Assembly (NCBI GenBank): GCA_963817895.1
Contig: CAWFQB010000003.1
Location: 256,001 to 320,000 of the forward strand
Length of the DNA: 64,000 bases
Source of the DNA: an uncultured Chthonomonadaceae bacterium
GTDB lineage: Bacteria; Armatimonadota; Chthonomonadetes; Chthonomonadales; Chthonomonadaceae
Direction of reading: 5' to 3'
The translations under genes were made by a program, and so were the position numbers. The notes beneath the pieces were generated by a model. That model saw only the letters and a program-made list of their open reading frames with translations, made no database searches and was not told the DNA's origin. Numbering within the stretch: the stretch's first letter is position 1; every line of letters starts with the position of its first letter. Shown here one piece after another: positions 49,781 through 60,624 of this stretch.

Positions 49781-52084
49781 ATGCAATCTTGGGCATCGTT
49801 GATTTTATGGCTGCCGCTGCTGGGGTTTCTGTTCAACGCCTTTTCCGGGTTTTTTATCAAGGATAAGGCGCGGCAGAAATACCTTGTGTCGTGTGTTGGG
49901 CCGGGCGTGGTGCTGGGGGCGTTTGTCATTGCATTGCTTGTGCTGATGCAAAATGGCAGCGCGCCGGATCACCGCATGATTGTGCCGCTGATACCCGGCA
50001 CGTCCGCGGATACGCCCTGGATACGCATCGGCAGTTTTCAGGTGAATTTCGCCCTGCTGCTCGATCCGCTCTCCATGCTGATGGCGTTGATCGTCACGGG
50101 CGTTGGCGGCCTGATCCATATCTACGCGACCGGCTACATGGCGGAAGACCCCGAACAGCCCCGCTTCTTTACCTATTTCAACCTGTTCATCTTCATGATG
50201 CTGCTGCTTGTGATGGGCGAGAACTTCCTGCTGATGTTTGTGGGTTGGGAAGGCGTCGGAAGCTGTTCGTATCTGCTGATCAGTTTCTGGTACACGGATG
50301 TCAACAACGCCAAAGCGGGCAACAAAGCCTTTATCGTGAACCGCGTGGGCGACCTGGGTTTCGCGCTCGGCATCATGGCGGTCTGGAGCGTGTTCGGAAC
50401 GCTTTCGTTTTACAACGGAACGGGAACCGGCTGTATGGATCTGGCAAAGCAGGGTGTGGACGTGCTGCATCATCCGCTCAGCTCAGTTGCAGCCAATTCA
50501 CTTCCCGTTGCTCGGAACATTGTCGTTTGTTACCGTGATGTGTATGCTGCTGTTCGTCGGCGCGGTAGGCAAGTCGGCGCAGATTCCGCTGTGGGTGTGG
50601 CTGCCGGACGCGATGGCCGGCCCGACTCCCGTTTCCGCGCTGGTCCATGCCGCCACAATGGTAACAGCCGGCGTCGTGATGCTGTCGCGCTGCTCGTATC
50701 TGTTCGTGCAGTCCTCGCAGGCGTTGCAGCTTGTCGGCTGGATCGGATTGGCGACCGCCTTTGTCGGCGCGACGGTCGGCCTGGTGCAGACCGACATCAA
50801 GCGCGTTCTGGCCTTTTCGACCGTTTCGCAGTTGGGCTATATGTTCCTCGCCTGCGGCGTCGGCAACTTCACGGCTGCCATGTTCCACATCACCACCCAC
50901 GCGTTCTTCAAAGCCCTGCTGTTCCTCGGTTCCGGCGCGGTGATCCACTCCATGCATGGGCGAGCAGGACATGCGCAAAATGGGCGGCCTGAAAACGCTG
51001 ATACCCAACACCTGCTGGTCATGTTCATCGGCACGTATGCCATTGCGGGCTTTCCGCTGCTTTCGGGTTTCTGGAGCAAGGACGAGATTCTCGACAGCGC
51101 GGCGCGATCGCCCTGGCAGTCCGGCATTTTTGGCGGCGCGACCGGGCCGATCCTGTACTTCGTCGGGCTGGCAACCGCCTTTATGACGGCCTTCTACATG
51201 AACCGCCTGATGTGGAAGACGTTCTACACCGAACCGCGTTTCGTGGACGGCAAACTGGTCGCGCACCACCACAGCAATTTTTCGGACGACGAACACGGAC
51301 ACGACGCGCATGGACACGCGGACACGCACGATGTTCACAACAACCCGCGAAGGCGAACAGACCGGGCATGAGGAGGCGGGACACGCTGCCAACACCGCTC
51401 ATGCGGTAGATGCCGGACACGGGCATGGACACGGAGAGGGCACGGGTTCCGTTCACAAGTCGCCGCCCTCCATGATGTGGCCGCTGTACATTCTGGCGGT
51501 TCCGTCCCTGCTGTTCGGTATCATGGTTGGCCCGACGCATATCTTCGAGAATTTCCTGGAGCCGTCCGTCTGGTCGTATGCACGAACCCGGCACATTGAC
51601 AATGTTGCAGCAGGGCGAAGAACCGGGCCTGCTTCATGCAATTCCTTACGCGGCTATATCATCTCCAGTCTCGTTGCCATTGCCGGACTGTACCTCGCCT
51701 TCAGCTATTTACAAAGCAGCGGACGCGAACCGGCGAATGGTTCCCCGAAGCCACCAAAGAGAGGCTGGCTGCGCAATCCGCGCCACTCCGACCGCGTTTC
51801 TGTACGATACCTTTGTCGCCAAGTGGGGCTTCGATACCGCCTACAACTGCCGTCTTCATCAAAGTGCGGCGGCTGGTTCGCCGAGAACGTTTTGTGGAAA
51901 ATCGTAGATAAGGGCATCATTGACAACATCGTCAACGGCTTTGCGGGACTTGTCGGCGTGTTCAGTCAAGGGTACACGGCGACTGCAAACCGGCTATGTC
52001 CGCAACTACGCGCTTGCCATGCTGTTCGGAGTGGTAGTGATCGTGTTCGGACTGGCCTACACATTTTTCAAACTGCCCCATTAA
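49781..52084 (+). CDS. nuoL: NADH-quinone oxidoreductase subunit L (several frameshifts)
   Basis: FVGWEGVG, KAFIVNRVGD, GKSAQIP..VWLPDAMAGPTPVSALVHAATMV, GFWSKDEI. Confidence 0.95.
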
Positions 52085-52093
52085 GAGATACTT

Positions 52094-53871
52094 ATGCCGC
52101 AAAATTCGATACCCAACATATTGAGTCTGCTGACGTTCCTGCCGCTCATCGGCGCGATTGATCGTGATGTTTCTGCCGCGCCCCGCCGATCTGCCGGAGC
52201 ATCATGGCGGCCATGGCGACGAGGCGCATGGCGAACCGGAACTGGACGCGCCTGTTCTGCTGCAACGGACCGACATCGGGCGTATGCTCGTCAACAGCGT
52301 GTCCCTGTTCTTTACGGTTGTCACGTTCCTGCTTGCCATTGTGCTGTTCGGCGCGTTCCAGATTCACCCCGACGCGGCGAACGGCATGACGCGGCGCGGC
52401 GCGGAACATGCAGTTTCTTGAGGATTATCGCTGGATCGCCATCGGCCGCAGTTACGTGCATTATAAAATGGGCGTGGACGGCATCAGCCTGCTGCTCGTG
52501 CTGCTGACCGCCTTTTTGATGGTGCTGTGCGTCCTGTTTTCCACGCAGATCAAGACCCGCCTCAAAGAGTTCATGGTGTTTTTGCTGCTGCTGGAAACGG
52601 CGATGATCGGCGTGTTCTGCGCGCTCGATCTTGTCCTGTTCTACGTCTTCTTCGAGGCCATGCTGATCCCGATGTACTTCCTCATCGGCATCTTCGGGCA
52701 CGAAAACCGCATCTACGCCGCCGTCAAGTTCTTCATCTACACGTTCGCGGGCAGCGTGTTCATGCTGATCGCGATTGTGGCCGTGTACAGCTACACCGGC
52801 ACGTTCGACATACTCGCGCTTTCCGACCACACGCAGGGCGCGGGCATGATTCTGAACCGCGTTCCGCCGCAGGCGCTGATGCTGATGTTCGCCGCGTTCG
52901 CGGTCGCCTTCATGATCAAAGTGCCGATGTTCCCGTTCCATACCTGGCTGCCGGACGCGCACGTGGAAGCGCCGACAGCGGGCAGCGTGATTCTGGCGGG
53001 CGTGATGCTGAAAATGGGCACGTATGGCTTTATGCGATTGTGCCTGCCCCTGTTCCCGCAGCAGGCGCAGGACGCGGCCCCCCTCTTCATCATGCTCTCC
53101 ATTGTGGGCATCATCTACGCTTCCATCGTCGCCGCGGTACAGCCGGACGCCAAGAAACTGGTCGCGTACTCGTCCGTCGCGCACCTGGGGTTTGTCGTGC
53201 TGGGTATCTTCACGTTTACCCGCGTCGGCATGATGGGCGCACTGGTGCAGAACATCAATCACGGCATCTCCACGCCCATGCTGTTCTTCATCGTCGGCAT
53301 GATGTACGAGCGGCGGCACACGCGGGCGATCAGCGAATACGGCGGCCTGAAAAAGTACGTGCCGATGCTGGCGACGATGCTGCTGATCGCCACCCTGTCC
53401 AGCATCGCCGTGCCGTTCTTCAACGGGTTTGTCGGCGAGTTCCCCGTTCTGCTCGGAACATGGATGTCGCAGACCGCGTTCAATGTCGGCGGGTACTGGC
53501 CTGCGGCGCTGGCCGCAACCGGCATGATCTGGTCGGCGGTCTATATGCTCTGGTGGTATCAGCGGCTGATGCTCGGCCCGGTCACGAAAAACGTCAACAG
53601 GCATCTGCCCGACCTGACGCCGATTGAATGGGGCGTATTGGTTCCGCTTGCCGTCGTTATATTCTGGTTCGGCCTGTTCAGCAATTTCTGGACACAGCGC
53701 ATGGATGATACGGTTGAAACGCTGCTGCCCGCGCAAGCGGGATCGCGCCAGTTGTCCGAAGTTCTCAATGAAAACACGCCCGTAACGCAGGTAATCACTG
53801 AAGCGCGGCAAGGCGTAAACGGCGGTCTTCGCCCCCGCCCATTGCGAACTATTCGCACCTGCTGGTACTGA
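52094..53871 (+). CDS. nuoM: NADH-quinone oxidoreductase subunit M (5' frameshifts; true stop may be 53914)
   Basis: GVDGISL, FYVFFE, KVPMFPFHTWLPDAHVEAPT, AYSSVAHLG. Confidence 0.95.
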
Positions 53872-53952
53872 GGGGCATATGGAAACTGCCCCGGTTGTTC
53901 CGCCCGCGCCGTAACGGTGTTCTAAATGCTATGACCGTTCAAATCAAGCGTT

Positions 53953-54058
53953 CGTAGGGACACAACTTGTTGTGTCCTCCTCGTGTTGTGTCCTCCTCCG
54001 GTGGAGGAGAGTTCAGCCGCAACTGTGCCAATGCGGACACAACAAGTTGTGTCCCTAC
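53953..54058. repeat. GTAG-type REP inverted pair
   Basis: CGTAGGGACACAACTTGTTGTGTCCT and reverse copy at 54035-54058; nuoM-nuoN junction. Confidence 0.88.
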
Positions 54059-54083
54059 AAGGTTCTTTTAGAGGTTTTAACTT

Positions 54084-55605
54084 ATGATTAGCAATGCTGC
54101 CAGCGTCAACGCCATGCTGCCGATCATCATTATCATGGTGACGGGCATGGTTGTGCTTCTGGCGGATGCCTGCCTGCCGTTCTGGCGTCGCATGGGTATC
54201 CTGAGCGGCAACGTCAGCCTGATTGGGATCGGCATTGCCGCCGTAGTTTCTATTCTGCAGGTCAACGCCAACGAAGTCAGCCAATCGGCCTTTCACGGCG
54301 CGGTTGCCGCAGACACGTTCGGCGCGGCCTGTAACCTGATTCTGCTGACAGCGGCGACCGTCGCTGTGCTGCTCGCCCTGACGTATCTGGAAAACAAGCG
54401 TCTCAATCTGGGCGAGTATTACGCGCTCGTGCTGTTTTCCACATCCGGCGCGATGCTGATGGCGGCGGCAACCGATCTGATCGTGCTGTTTGTCGCGATT
54501 GAAATCCTGTCGGTCGCGCTGTACGTGCTGTCGGGATTTGCCCGAACGGAACAGCGCAGCGAAGAAGCCGCGCTCAAATACTTTCTGCTCGGCGCGTTTG
54601 CGGCAGGGTTTTTGCTGTACGGCATCGCCCTTGTCTATGGCGGCTCGGCGGGCGCGATGGCGGGCGGGGGCGGCACGACAAACCTGATCGAACTGGAACG
54701 CTTCCTGACCGGGGGCAGACCGCCCAACGTGATGCTGATTTCCGGCATTGCCCTGCTGCTTGTCGGATTGGGCTTCAAGGCGGCTCTGGTTCCGTTCCAC
54801 ATGTGGACGCCGGACGTGTATGAGGGCGCTCCCACATCCGTAACGGCGTACATGGCGGCGTCGGCTAAAATCGGCGCGTTCGCGGCGATTCTGCGCGTCT
54901 TCACCGCCTTAATGCCCATTTCCGATTATTGGCTGATTGCGGTTCAGGTTCTGGCGGTGCTGACGATGTTCGGCGGCAACATATCTGGCTGTCACGCAGG
55001 ACAACGTGAAGCGTATGTTAGCGTATTCGTCCATCGCGCACGCCGGGTATCTGATGGTGGCGGTTTCGGCGGCAACGGATCGTCGCGCAGGCGCGCGAAG
55101 CGCACAATGCGGCTCTGAGCGCGGCCGTGTTCTATCTGCTGGCCTATACCCTGATGACAATGGGCGCGTTTGCCGTGCTGATCTACCTGTCGCGGCGGGG
55201 CAAGGATTACCAGACGCTGGCGGATTTGAAAGGACTGGCGCGAAAAGATTCGCCCTCCGCGTACCTGATGCTGGTCTTTATGCTGTCGCTTGGCGGCATA
55301 CCCGTCGACAATGGGCTTCATCGGCAAGTGGTATATCTTCAACGCCACCCTGCAGGCGGGGCAGTTGTGGCTGGCGCTCGCGCTTGGCGTCGCCAGTATC
55401 ATTTCGATCTACTACTATCTGCGCGTAATCGGCATGATGTGCTTTCAGGAACCGGACGAGACGGGCGAACAGATTCACGCCACCGGCCCCTACCGGCGTT
55501 ATCCTGTCGCTTGCCATTACGGTTGGCGCGTCCCTGATATTCGGCATCGTGCCACTGTTCTTAAGTCCGTTACTGGCCGCCGCCACCAACCTGCTGCACC
55601 ACTGA
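54084..55605 (+). CDS. nuoN: NADH-quinone oxidoreductase subunit N (frameshifted)
   Basis: EAALKYFLLG, FKAALVPFHMWTPDVYEGAP, KRMLAYSSIAHAGY, YYYLRVI. Confidence 0.95.
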
Positions 55606-55729
55606 GAACGCGCAATGAACGCGCATTTCTGTGTCAACGAGGCAGCCCTGCGCTGTCTCGTTTGCTTTTTGGGTTATGGCGGGTTAGAATAAATCGGAAA
55701 GTCAAAATTGTACGTGAGGAGTCAGCTTT

Positions 55730-56107
55730 ATGAGTTCCAATGAGCAAATGGTGACGCGGACGCAACATCATGGGGAAATACCCGCGCGTTTGATTGGCAT
55801 GATGGTGTTCTTCATTGGCATCGGGATGTTGCTGCTGATATTCAAAATCGCTTATGGCCTGTTTACGGCATCTCCTGCCACTGCGCTGGGACTCAACATT
55901 ACGGGCGATCCGAAACACGACCCCGCCGCGATGCTGATCGGGCAGTCGTTCGGCTGGCTGATGATAAAGATCTTGCTGCTGTTCCTGATGAGCGTGGTTG
56001 CCTCCCTGACCGCGCAAAAAGGCGTCAATATGTACTTCAGCGGCGTACACGGCGGTCGGACGCATGAAGTGACAAAACCCGCTTCCTCCGCATCGGCAGA
56101 AGCGTAA
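55730..56107 (+). CDS. Hypothetical 2-TM membrane protein
   Basis: RBS GAGGAG and two hydrophobic segments. Confidence 0.7.
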   Translation: MSSNEQMVTRTQHHGEIPARLIGMMVFFIGIGMLLLIFKIAYGLFTASPATALGLNITGDPKHDPAAMLIGQSFGWLMIKILLLFLMSVVASLTAQKGVNMYFSGVHGGRTHEVTKPASSASAEA

Positions 56108-56193
56108 AATTGGGAACTACTCGCGCTCCTTGTCTCGTATTGATAGTTATAAGTAAGTAAATGGGCGTCGTTTGGAAAGGCAATACGGACAAG

Positions 56194-56547
56194 ATGAGAA
56201 TACAATCGAACATGCTGGTGCATTTAGGTTTTGGCAAATACGTGCGTTCAGACCGGGTAACGGCGGTACTGCCGATTGAGGACGAGCGCGGGCCGGGGCG
56301 CAGAACTTTCGTGCAGATTGAGGGCGCAGCCGATCCTCTGGTAGCCTCTCGCGCCGAAGATTCCATTATTCGCGATCTGGTGCAGGAACCCCGCGAAGTG
56401 ACGCAATCCCGGCAACAACAGGAGATTTTGCGCGACCTGCTTCTGGATCTGGCGCAGGTAAACGGAACCGTTCGCCGCATCTCCCGCGATGAGGGGCTAG
56501 ACCTGGAGAAGTACGAGCGCCGCATCCGCGAAGTGGTTGAGGATTAG
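56194..56547 (+). CDS. Hypothetical protein with RemA/DUF370-like N-terminus
   Basis: LVHLGFGKYVRSDRVTAV resembles the RemA N-terminal IGFG motif. Confidence 0.55.
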   Translation: MRIQSNMLVHLGFGKYVRSDRVTAVLPIEDERGPGRRTFVQIEGAADPLVASRAEDSIIRDLVQEPREVTQSRQQQEILRDLLLDLAQVNGTVRRISRDEGLDLEKYERRIREVVED

Positions 56548-56750
56548 TCTTATGGCGCTGCCGTTAAGCGTGTGCAGAGGGTGAGAGCAAACATCGCATC
56601 TACGTTGGCTGTTATGCTATCAGAACAAACGCTACTGTCCCACTCGAAATATAGCAGGGTATAAAATAAAATCCGCCGTCCGGTATCGTGACCGGGCGGC
56701 GGGTTGCGTTTGCGCGTGTGAGGCAGAGCAAACAGTATTTGAACGCTGTT

Positions 56751-58106
56751 TTATGCGATTAGATCGCGGATGGGCGTACCTTTTTCCGTGATGGAGATGG
56801 GACGGCCTACCGGGGTCATGAACGATTTGGCGGGGTTCATGCCGAGCAGAGTCGCTACCGTTGCGAAGAAATCCGCCGTTTGTACGGGCTTGTCCGCCAC
56901 TTTCAGGCCGTCCGCGTCCGTTGCGCCATAAGCCTGCCCGCCCCGAACGCCTCCCCCCGCCATGACCGCGCTCCACGCGCCGGGGAAGTGGTCCCGGCCC
57001 TCATTCGGGTTGATTTTCGGCGTCCGTCCGAACTCGCCCATCCAGATAATGAGCGTGTTGTCCAGCAGGTCGCGCTGTTTCAGGTCTTTGATGAGCGCCG
57101 CCATCGCCGGGTCGTAAATGCTCATCTGCTTCTGCGTCCGGTTGAAGTTATCCTGATGCGTATCCCATCCGTCCAACACCACTTCCACGAACCGAACGCC
57201 CAATTCGACCAGTCGCCGCGCCATCAGGCAGCCCTTGCCAAAATTCGTGTCGCCATACGCCGCCTTCACCGCGTCCGGCTCTTCCGCGATCTCGAACGCT
57301 TTCAATTTGGGCGAACGCATCAGTTTTACGGCTTTGGCGTAAACCGATTGCCGCCCCTTCACCTTGATGTCGCCGGTCTGCGCGGCAAAGTCGTTATCCA
57401 GCATACTCAGCGCGGATTGGCGCGTATCGAAGCGGCGGTCATCCACATTGCTCGCGTACTGCACATTGAGCAGGGGCTTATTGAAATCCTGCACCACGAG
57501 CGGGCCATACTGTACGCCCAAAAAGCCCGCGCTGTAACTCGGCCCCGAAATGCTCACGAAGTTGGGCATGTCGCTGTTCGGGTTGCCCAGTTCCTCGTTC
57601 ACCCACGCGCCCAGACTCGGATGCGTTACGGTCGGGTTGGGCGTGTAGCCCGTGTGCATGAGGTACTGCGCCCGCTGATGATTGCCCTCTTTGGTACTCA
57701 TGCTGCGCACAATCGCCAGATGGTCGGCCACATCCGCAATCTGCGGCATGTGTTCGCAAATTTCAATCCCGCTCGCCCGCGTCTTGATGGCTTTGAACGG
57801 CCCGCCTGTTGCCGCGCCCGGTTTCGGGTCCCACGTATCCAGATGGCTCGGCCCGCCGTTCATCCACAGCAGGATACAGTTTTTGGGTTTCGGCGCGCCC
57901 GCTTTGCCCAGCGCCTTCGCCATTTGCGGGTCAAGCAACTGCGCGAACAGCATGCTCATCAGCCCGCCAATCCCCAATTTCACAAACCCGCGCCGGTTCA
58001 AGTCCGCGCTCCACAAATCTATCGGGCCGGGGCAGCTCCCCCCGTTCTCTTCGCGCAATCGCGCTTCTTCCTGATCTTCCAGTTCGTCCAGTTCAGTGTG
58101 GTGCAT
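56751..58106 (-). CDS. DUF1501 family protein with Tat-like signal
   Basis: NRRGFVK, GGPSHLDTWDPKP, ARRLVE.GV, GWDTH, GEFGRTP, GRDH. Confidence 0.92.
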   Translation of the reverse strand: MHHTELDELEDQEEARLREENGGSCPGPIDLWSADLNRRGFVKLGIGGLMSMLFAQLLDPQMAKALGKAGAPKPKNCILLWMNGGPSHLDTWDPKPGAATGGPFKAIKTRASGIEICEHMPQIADVADHLAIVRSMSTKEGNHQRAQYLMHTGYTPNPTVTHPSLGAWVNEELGNPNSDMPNFVSISGPSYSAGFLGVQYGPLVVQDFNKPLLNVQYASNVDDRRFDTRQSALSMLDNDFAAQTGDIKVKGRQSVYAKAVKLMRSPKLKAFEIAEEPDAVKAAYGDTNFGKGCLMARRLVELGVRFVEVVLDGWDTHQDNFNRTQKQMSIYDPAMAALIKDLKQRDLLDNTLIIWMGEFGRTPKINPNEGRDHFPGAWSAVMAGGGVRGGQAYGATDADGLKVADKPVQTADFFATVATLLGMNPAKSFMTPVGRPISITEKGTPIRDLIA

Positions 58107-58116
58107 GGGTGTTTTC

Positions 58117-60285
58117 CTAATGATTAAAAATGAACTCGCTGGAGTTGAGCAAGGCCCAGAACATGTCTTCGTAGGCTTGCGCTTCGGGCGTCTGGCTGAC
58201 GGCATTGGCGCGGGGCGCGAAGCGGGCCAGCGGATCATAGCCATTGTTATTGCCGGGTTTTTTGCGATTTTGCAGGGCTTGCGCCAGTGCTTTGCGGTCG
58301 GCGGGAGCGGTTCCCTGCGCGTTCGGGTTATTGTTATTTCCTGACGCAGCCTGCGCGTTATTGTTCAGTCCGAAACCGCCATTATTTGCGCCGTTGTTGA
58401 AGCGGGCGCGGCGACCGGCGGCAAAGGCGGGCGCGGGTTGGGGCGCGGTTTCCGCCGTTGTGGTTACATAGCGCGGCGCATGGATAAACTCCATCCAGCG
58501 GGCGGTTTCTCCACTTGTCGGCTTGCGCGACAGGGTGCGCAGGTACAACTCTTCAATTTTCGCCGCGTCACTCTCACTGCTTGCCAGCACATCGGCCAGC
58601 GCGGTTCCGGGAATGGGAGTCGCGCCCCGGTTCACCAAATTGCCGTTGAGCAGCATCAATGCCTGTGGGATCGTGCCCTCAAAATCCTTCTGCTCGAACT
58701 CCTCATCCACGTCGAACAGGAACGTGAACTGCTTCGCCATCGCGAACTTGATCTGATCCAGTCTGCCGCCCGCAACCCGTTCCAGCAGCGGCCCCATATT
58801 GGTCGCTTCCACAAGCGAGTCCATCAGTTCGTCGGGAGCCATCGGCATCAGGCGGTAATGCGCCCATAGTTTATTATCCAAATCCACCTTTTTGGCTGGC
58901 GCGGAAGAAATCTGATATACCTGCGTGGCGCAAATCTGCCGAATAAGATGTTTCAGGTCGTAATCGTTGGCGACGAAATCCGCCGCCAGTTTGTCCAGCA
59001 CGGCGGGCGCGACGACGGGATTGGACGGGCGAATATCGTCAATCGGCTCAATAAAGCCCCGGCCCAGGAAGTGGTTCCACATCCGGTTCACAATGGCTTT
59101 GGAAAACCACGCATTGTTGGGCGCGGTCATCCACTCGGCAAGCGCGACCCGGCGGTTGGGTGTGCCGGTAAAGTCGGTTCCATCCAGCGCGGTTGGCAAA
59201 GAGGCGGCGTACAGCGCGGTGTCATTAGGCTTTTTGGCCTTCGGGTTCACGCGCAACGGCGGACGGCGGGTTTCCACCAGATTTACCTGCCGAAGTTGGC
59301 CTTTCAGTTGCGCCTGTGTCAGCGTGGGGTCAACCGGAACCGGACGGGCGTTGATAAAGCAGGCCGTGAAGCGCCGAAAATCGTCCTGCTTCCACTTTTC
59401 GGTTTTGTGGTCATGGCACTGCGCGCACTGAATTTGCACACCCAAAAACAGTTTCGACGCCGTGCCGGACAGGTCTTCGGGTTTGCCCCGGAATTTCAGA
59501 GTCCAGTTGGTCGCGCCATTGACAGGCGCGGGCAGGGCGGCGGTTGTCACGGCTGCGCCATTCGTTCCCGACATGGAAGCGTCCATCATCTTGTCATCGC
59601 CCGCCATCATCTTATCCGCGCCGGGTGTTGCTTTCGCGCCACCGGGCAGGGTTGCGCGGTCAATGGCGTTGCCGCCCGCCTGCTGATTTTGCGCGAATGT
59701 TCCTGCCCCCTTTGCCCCATTGCGGCGCTGCATCGCGGCGGCCATGTTCGGGTTCGCGCCGGTCGGCTGCGGAACGCCCAGCGCTTTGGCGTAGCTGCCG
59801 CCCTCGCTGTTGACGCCCTGCGCGGAAATCAGGTCATACACGAACTTGTTCCAGTGCGCGTTCTGCTGAAATTCGCCGTGCAGCCACTGCTTGAAGGCCG
59901 AGCGATCCACGACCTGAGCATTATCGGTGCGGCCCTTGCCCATCAGAATGCCGTCCCAGTAGGTTGTCCAGTTGTCGGCGTATTTCGCGCTTGCCAGCAG
60001 CGCGTCTACCGCCCGCGCCCGTTTGTCCGGGTTTGTATCGGCCAGAAATGCGCGGACTGTCGCGGCGGGAGGAATCACGCCCACAATGTCAAGATACGCG
60101 CGGCGCAGGAACCGGGCGTCGTCTACGGGCGGAGCCGGGACAACGCCCTCCTTGTTCCATTCGCTTCGGATCATCTGGTCAATCTGTGATGGCTGCAACG
60201 CCGCTCTGCTTTGCGCGAAAGCCGGGTTCGTGGGGCAAAGGCTCAGGCCGGCCAACAGGCCAACCGCCGCATAACGAAGTCTCAT
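58117..60285 (-). CDS. DUF1549/DUF1553 domain protein
   Basis: FLRRAYLD..G..P, FLGVQIQCAQCHDH, VNRMW..FLGRG.IEP.DD, QALMLLNG, WALLNSSEFIFNH. Confidence 0.92.
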   Translation of the reverse strand: MRLRYAAVGLLAGLSLCPTNPAFAQSRAALQPSQIDQMIRSEWNKEGVVPAPPVDDARFLRRAYLDIVGVIPPAATVRAFLADTNPDKRARAVDALLASAKYADNWTTYWDGILMGKGRTDNAQVVDRSAFKQWLHGEFQQNAHWNKFVYDLISAQGVNSEGGSYAKALGVPQPTGANPNMAAAMQRRNGAKGAGTFAQNQQAGGNAIDRATLPGGAKATPGADKMMAGDDKMMDASMSGTNGAAVTTAALPAPVNGATNWTLKFRGKPEDLSGTASKLFLGVQIQCAQCHDHKTEKWKQDDFRRFTACFINARPVPVDPTLTQAQLKGQLRQVNLVETRRPPLRVNPKAKKPNDTALYAASLPTALDGTDFTGTPNRRVALAEWMTAPNNAWFSKAIVNRMWNHFLGRGFIEPIDDIRPSNPVVAPAVLDKLAADFVANDYDLKHLIRQICATQVYQISSAPAKKVDLDNKLWAHYRLMPMAPDELMDSLVEATNMGPLLERVAGGRLDQIKFAMAKQFTFLFDVDEEFEQKDFEGTIPQALMLLNGNLVNRGATPIPGTALADVLASSESDAAKIEELYLRTLSRKPTSGETARWMEFIHAPRYVTTTAETAPQPAPAFAAGRRARFNNGANNGGFGLNNNAQAASGNNNNPNAQGTAPADRKALAQALQNRKKPGNNNGYDPLARFAPRANAVSQTPEAQAYEDMFWALLNSSEFIFNH

Positions 60286-60412
60286 GCTGAAATTCCTTTT
60301 CAAAACGCTACGGGGGAGAAAAAGTAATATCTTGTTCCCATTGACGCAGTTATGGCTCAAGAGTTCACGCGAAGCGCGACCCTTCTGAATATTTTCGGTT
60401 TTTATTTGCCGC

Positions 60413-60477
60413 TTGACAGCCACTGTCACAAACATTATACTATCAAATGATCTATCAAAGCGCTTTGAACTACAAAG
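60413..60477 (+). promoter_or_regulatory. Sigma70 promoter with downstream palindromic operator
   Basis: TTGACA-N17-TATACT (60413-60441); TCAAAGCGCTTTGA (60455-60468) and CTTTG-N5-CAAAG (60463-60477). Confidence 0.75.
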
Positions 60478-60624
60478 GGCTTGGCTGCGTATATGGAGGA
60501 AGGGATAAGGGATGAGCAGACGCCTGTAGTTTGCTGAATTTCACGTCCGAAGGACGTTAACGCGAAGGCTACGCAGACGGGTACGTTCTTTGTACCCGGA
60601 ACCGGTATTTAACTGTTTTCAGGA

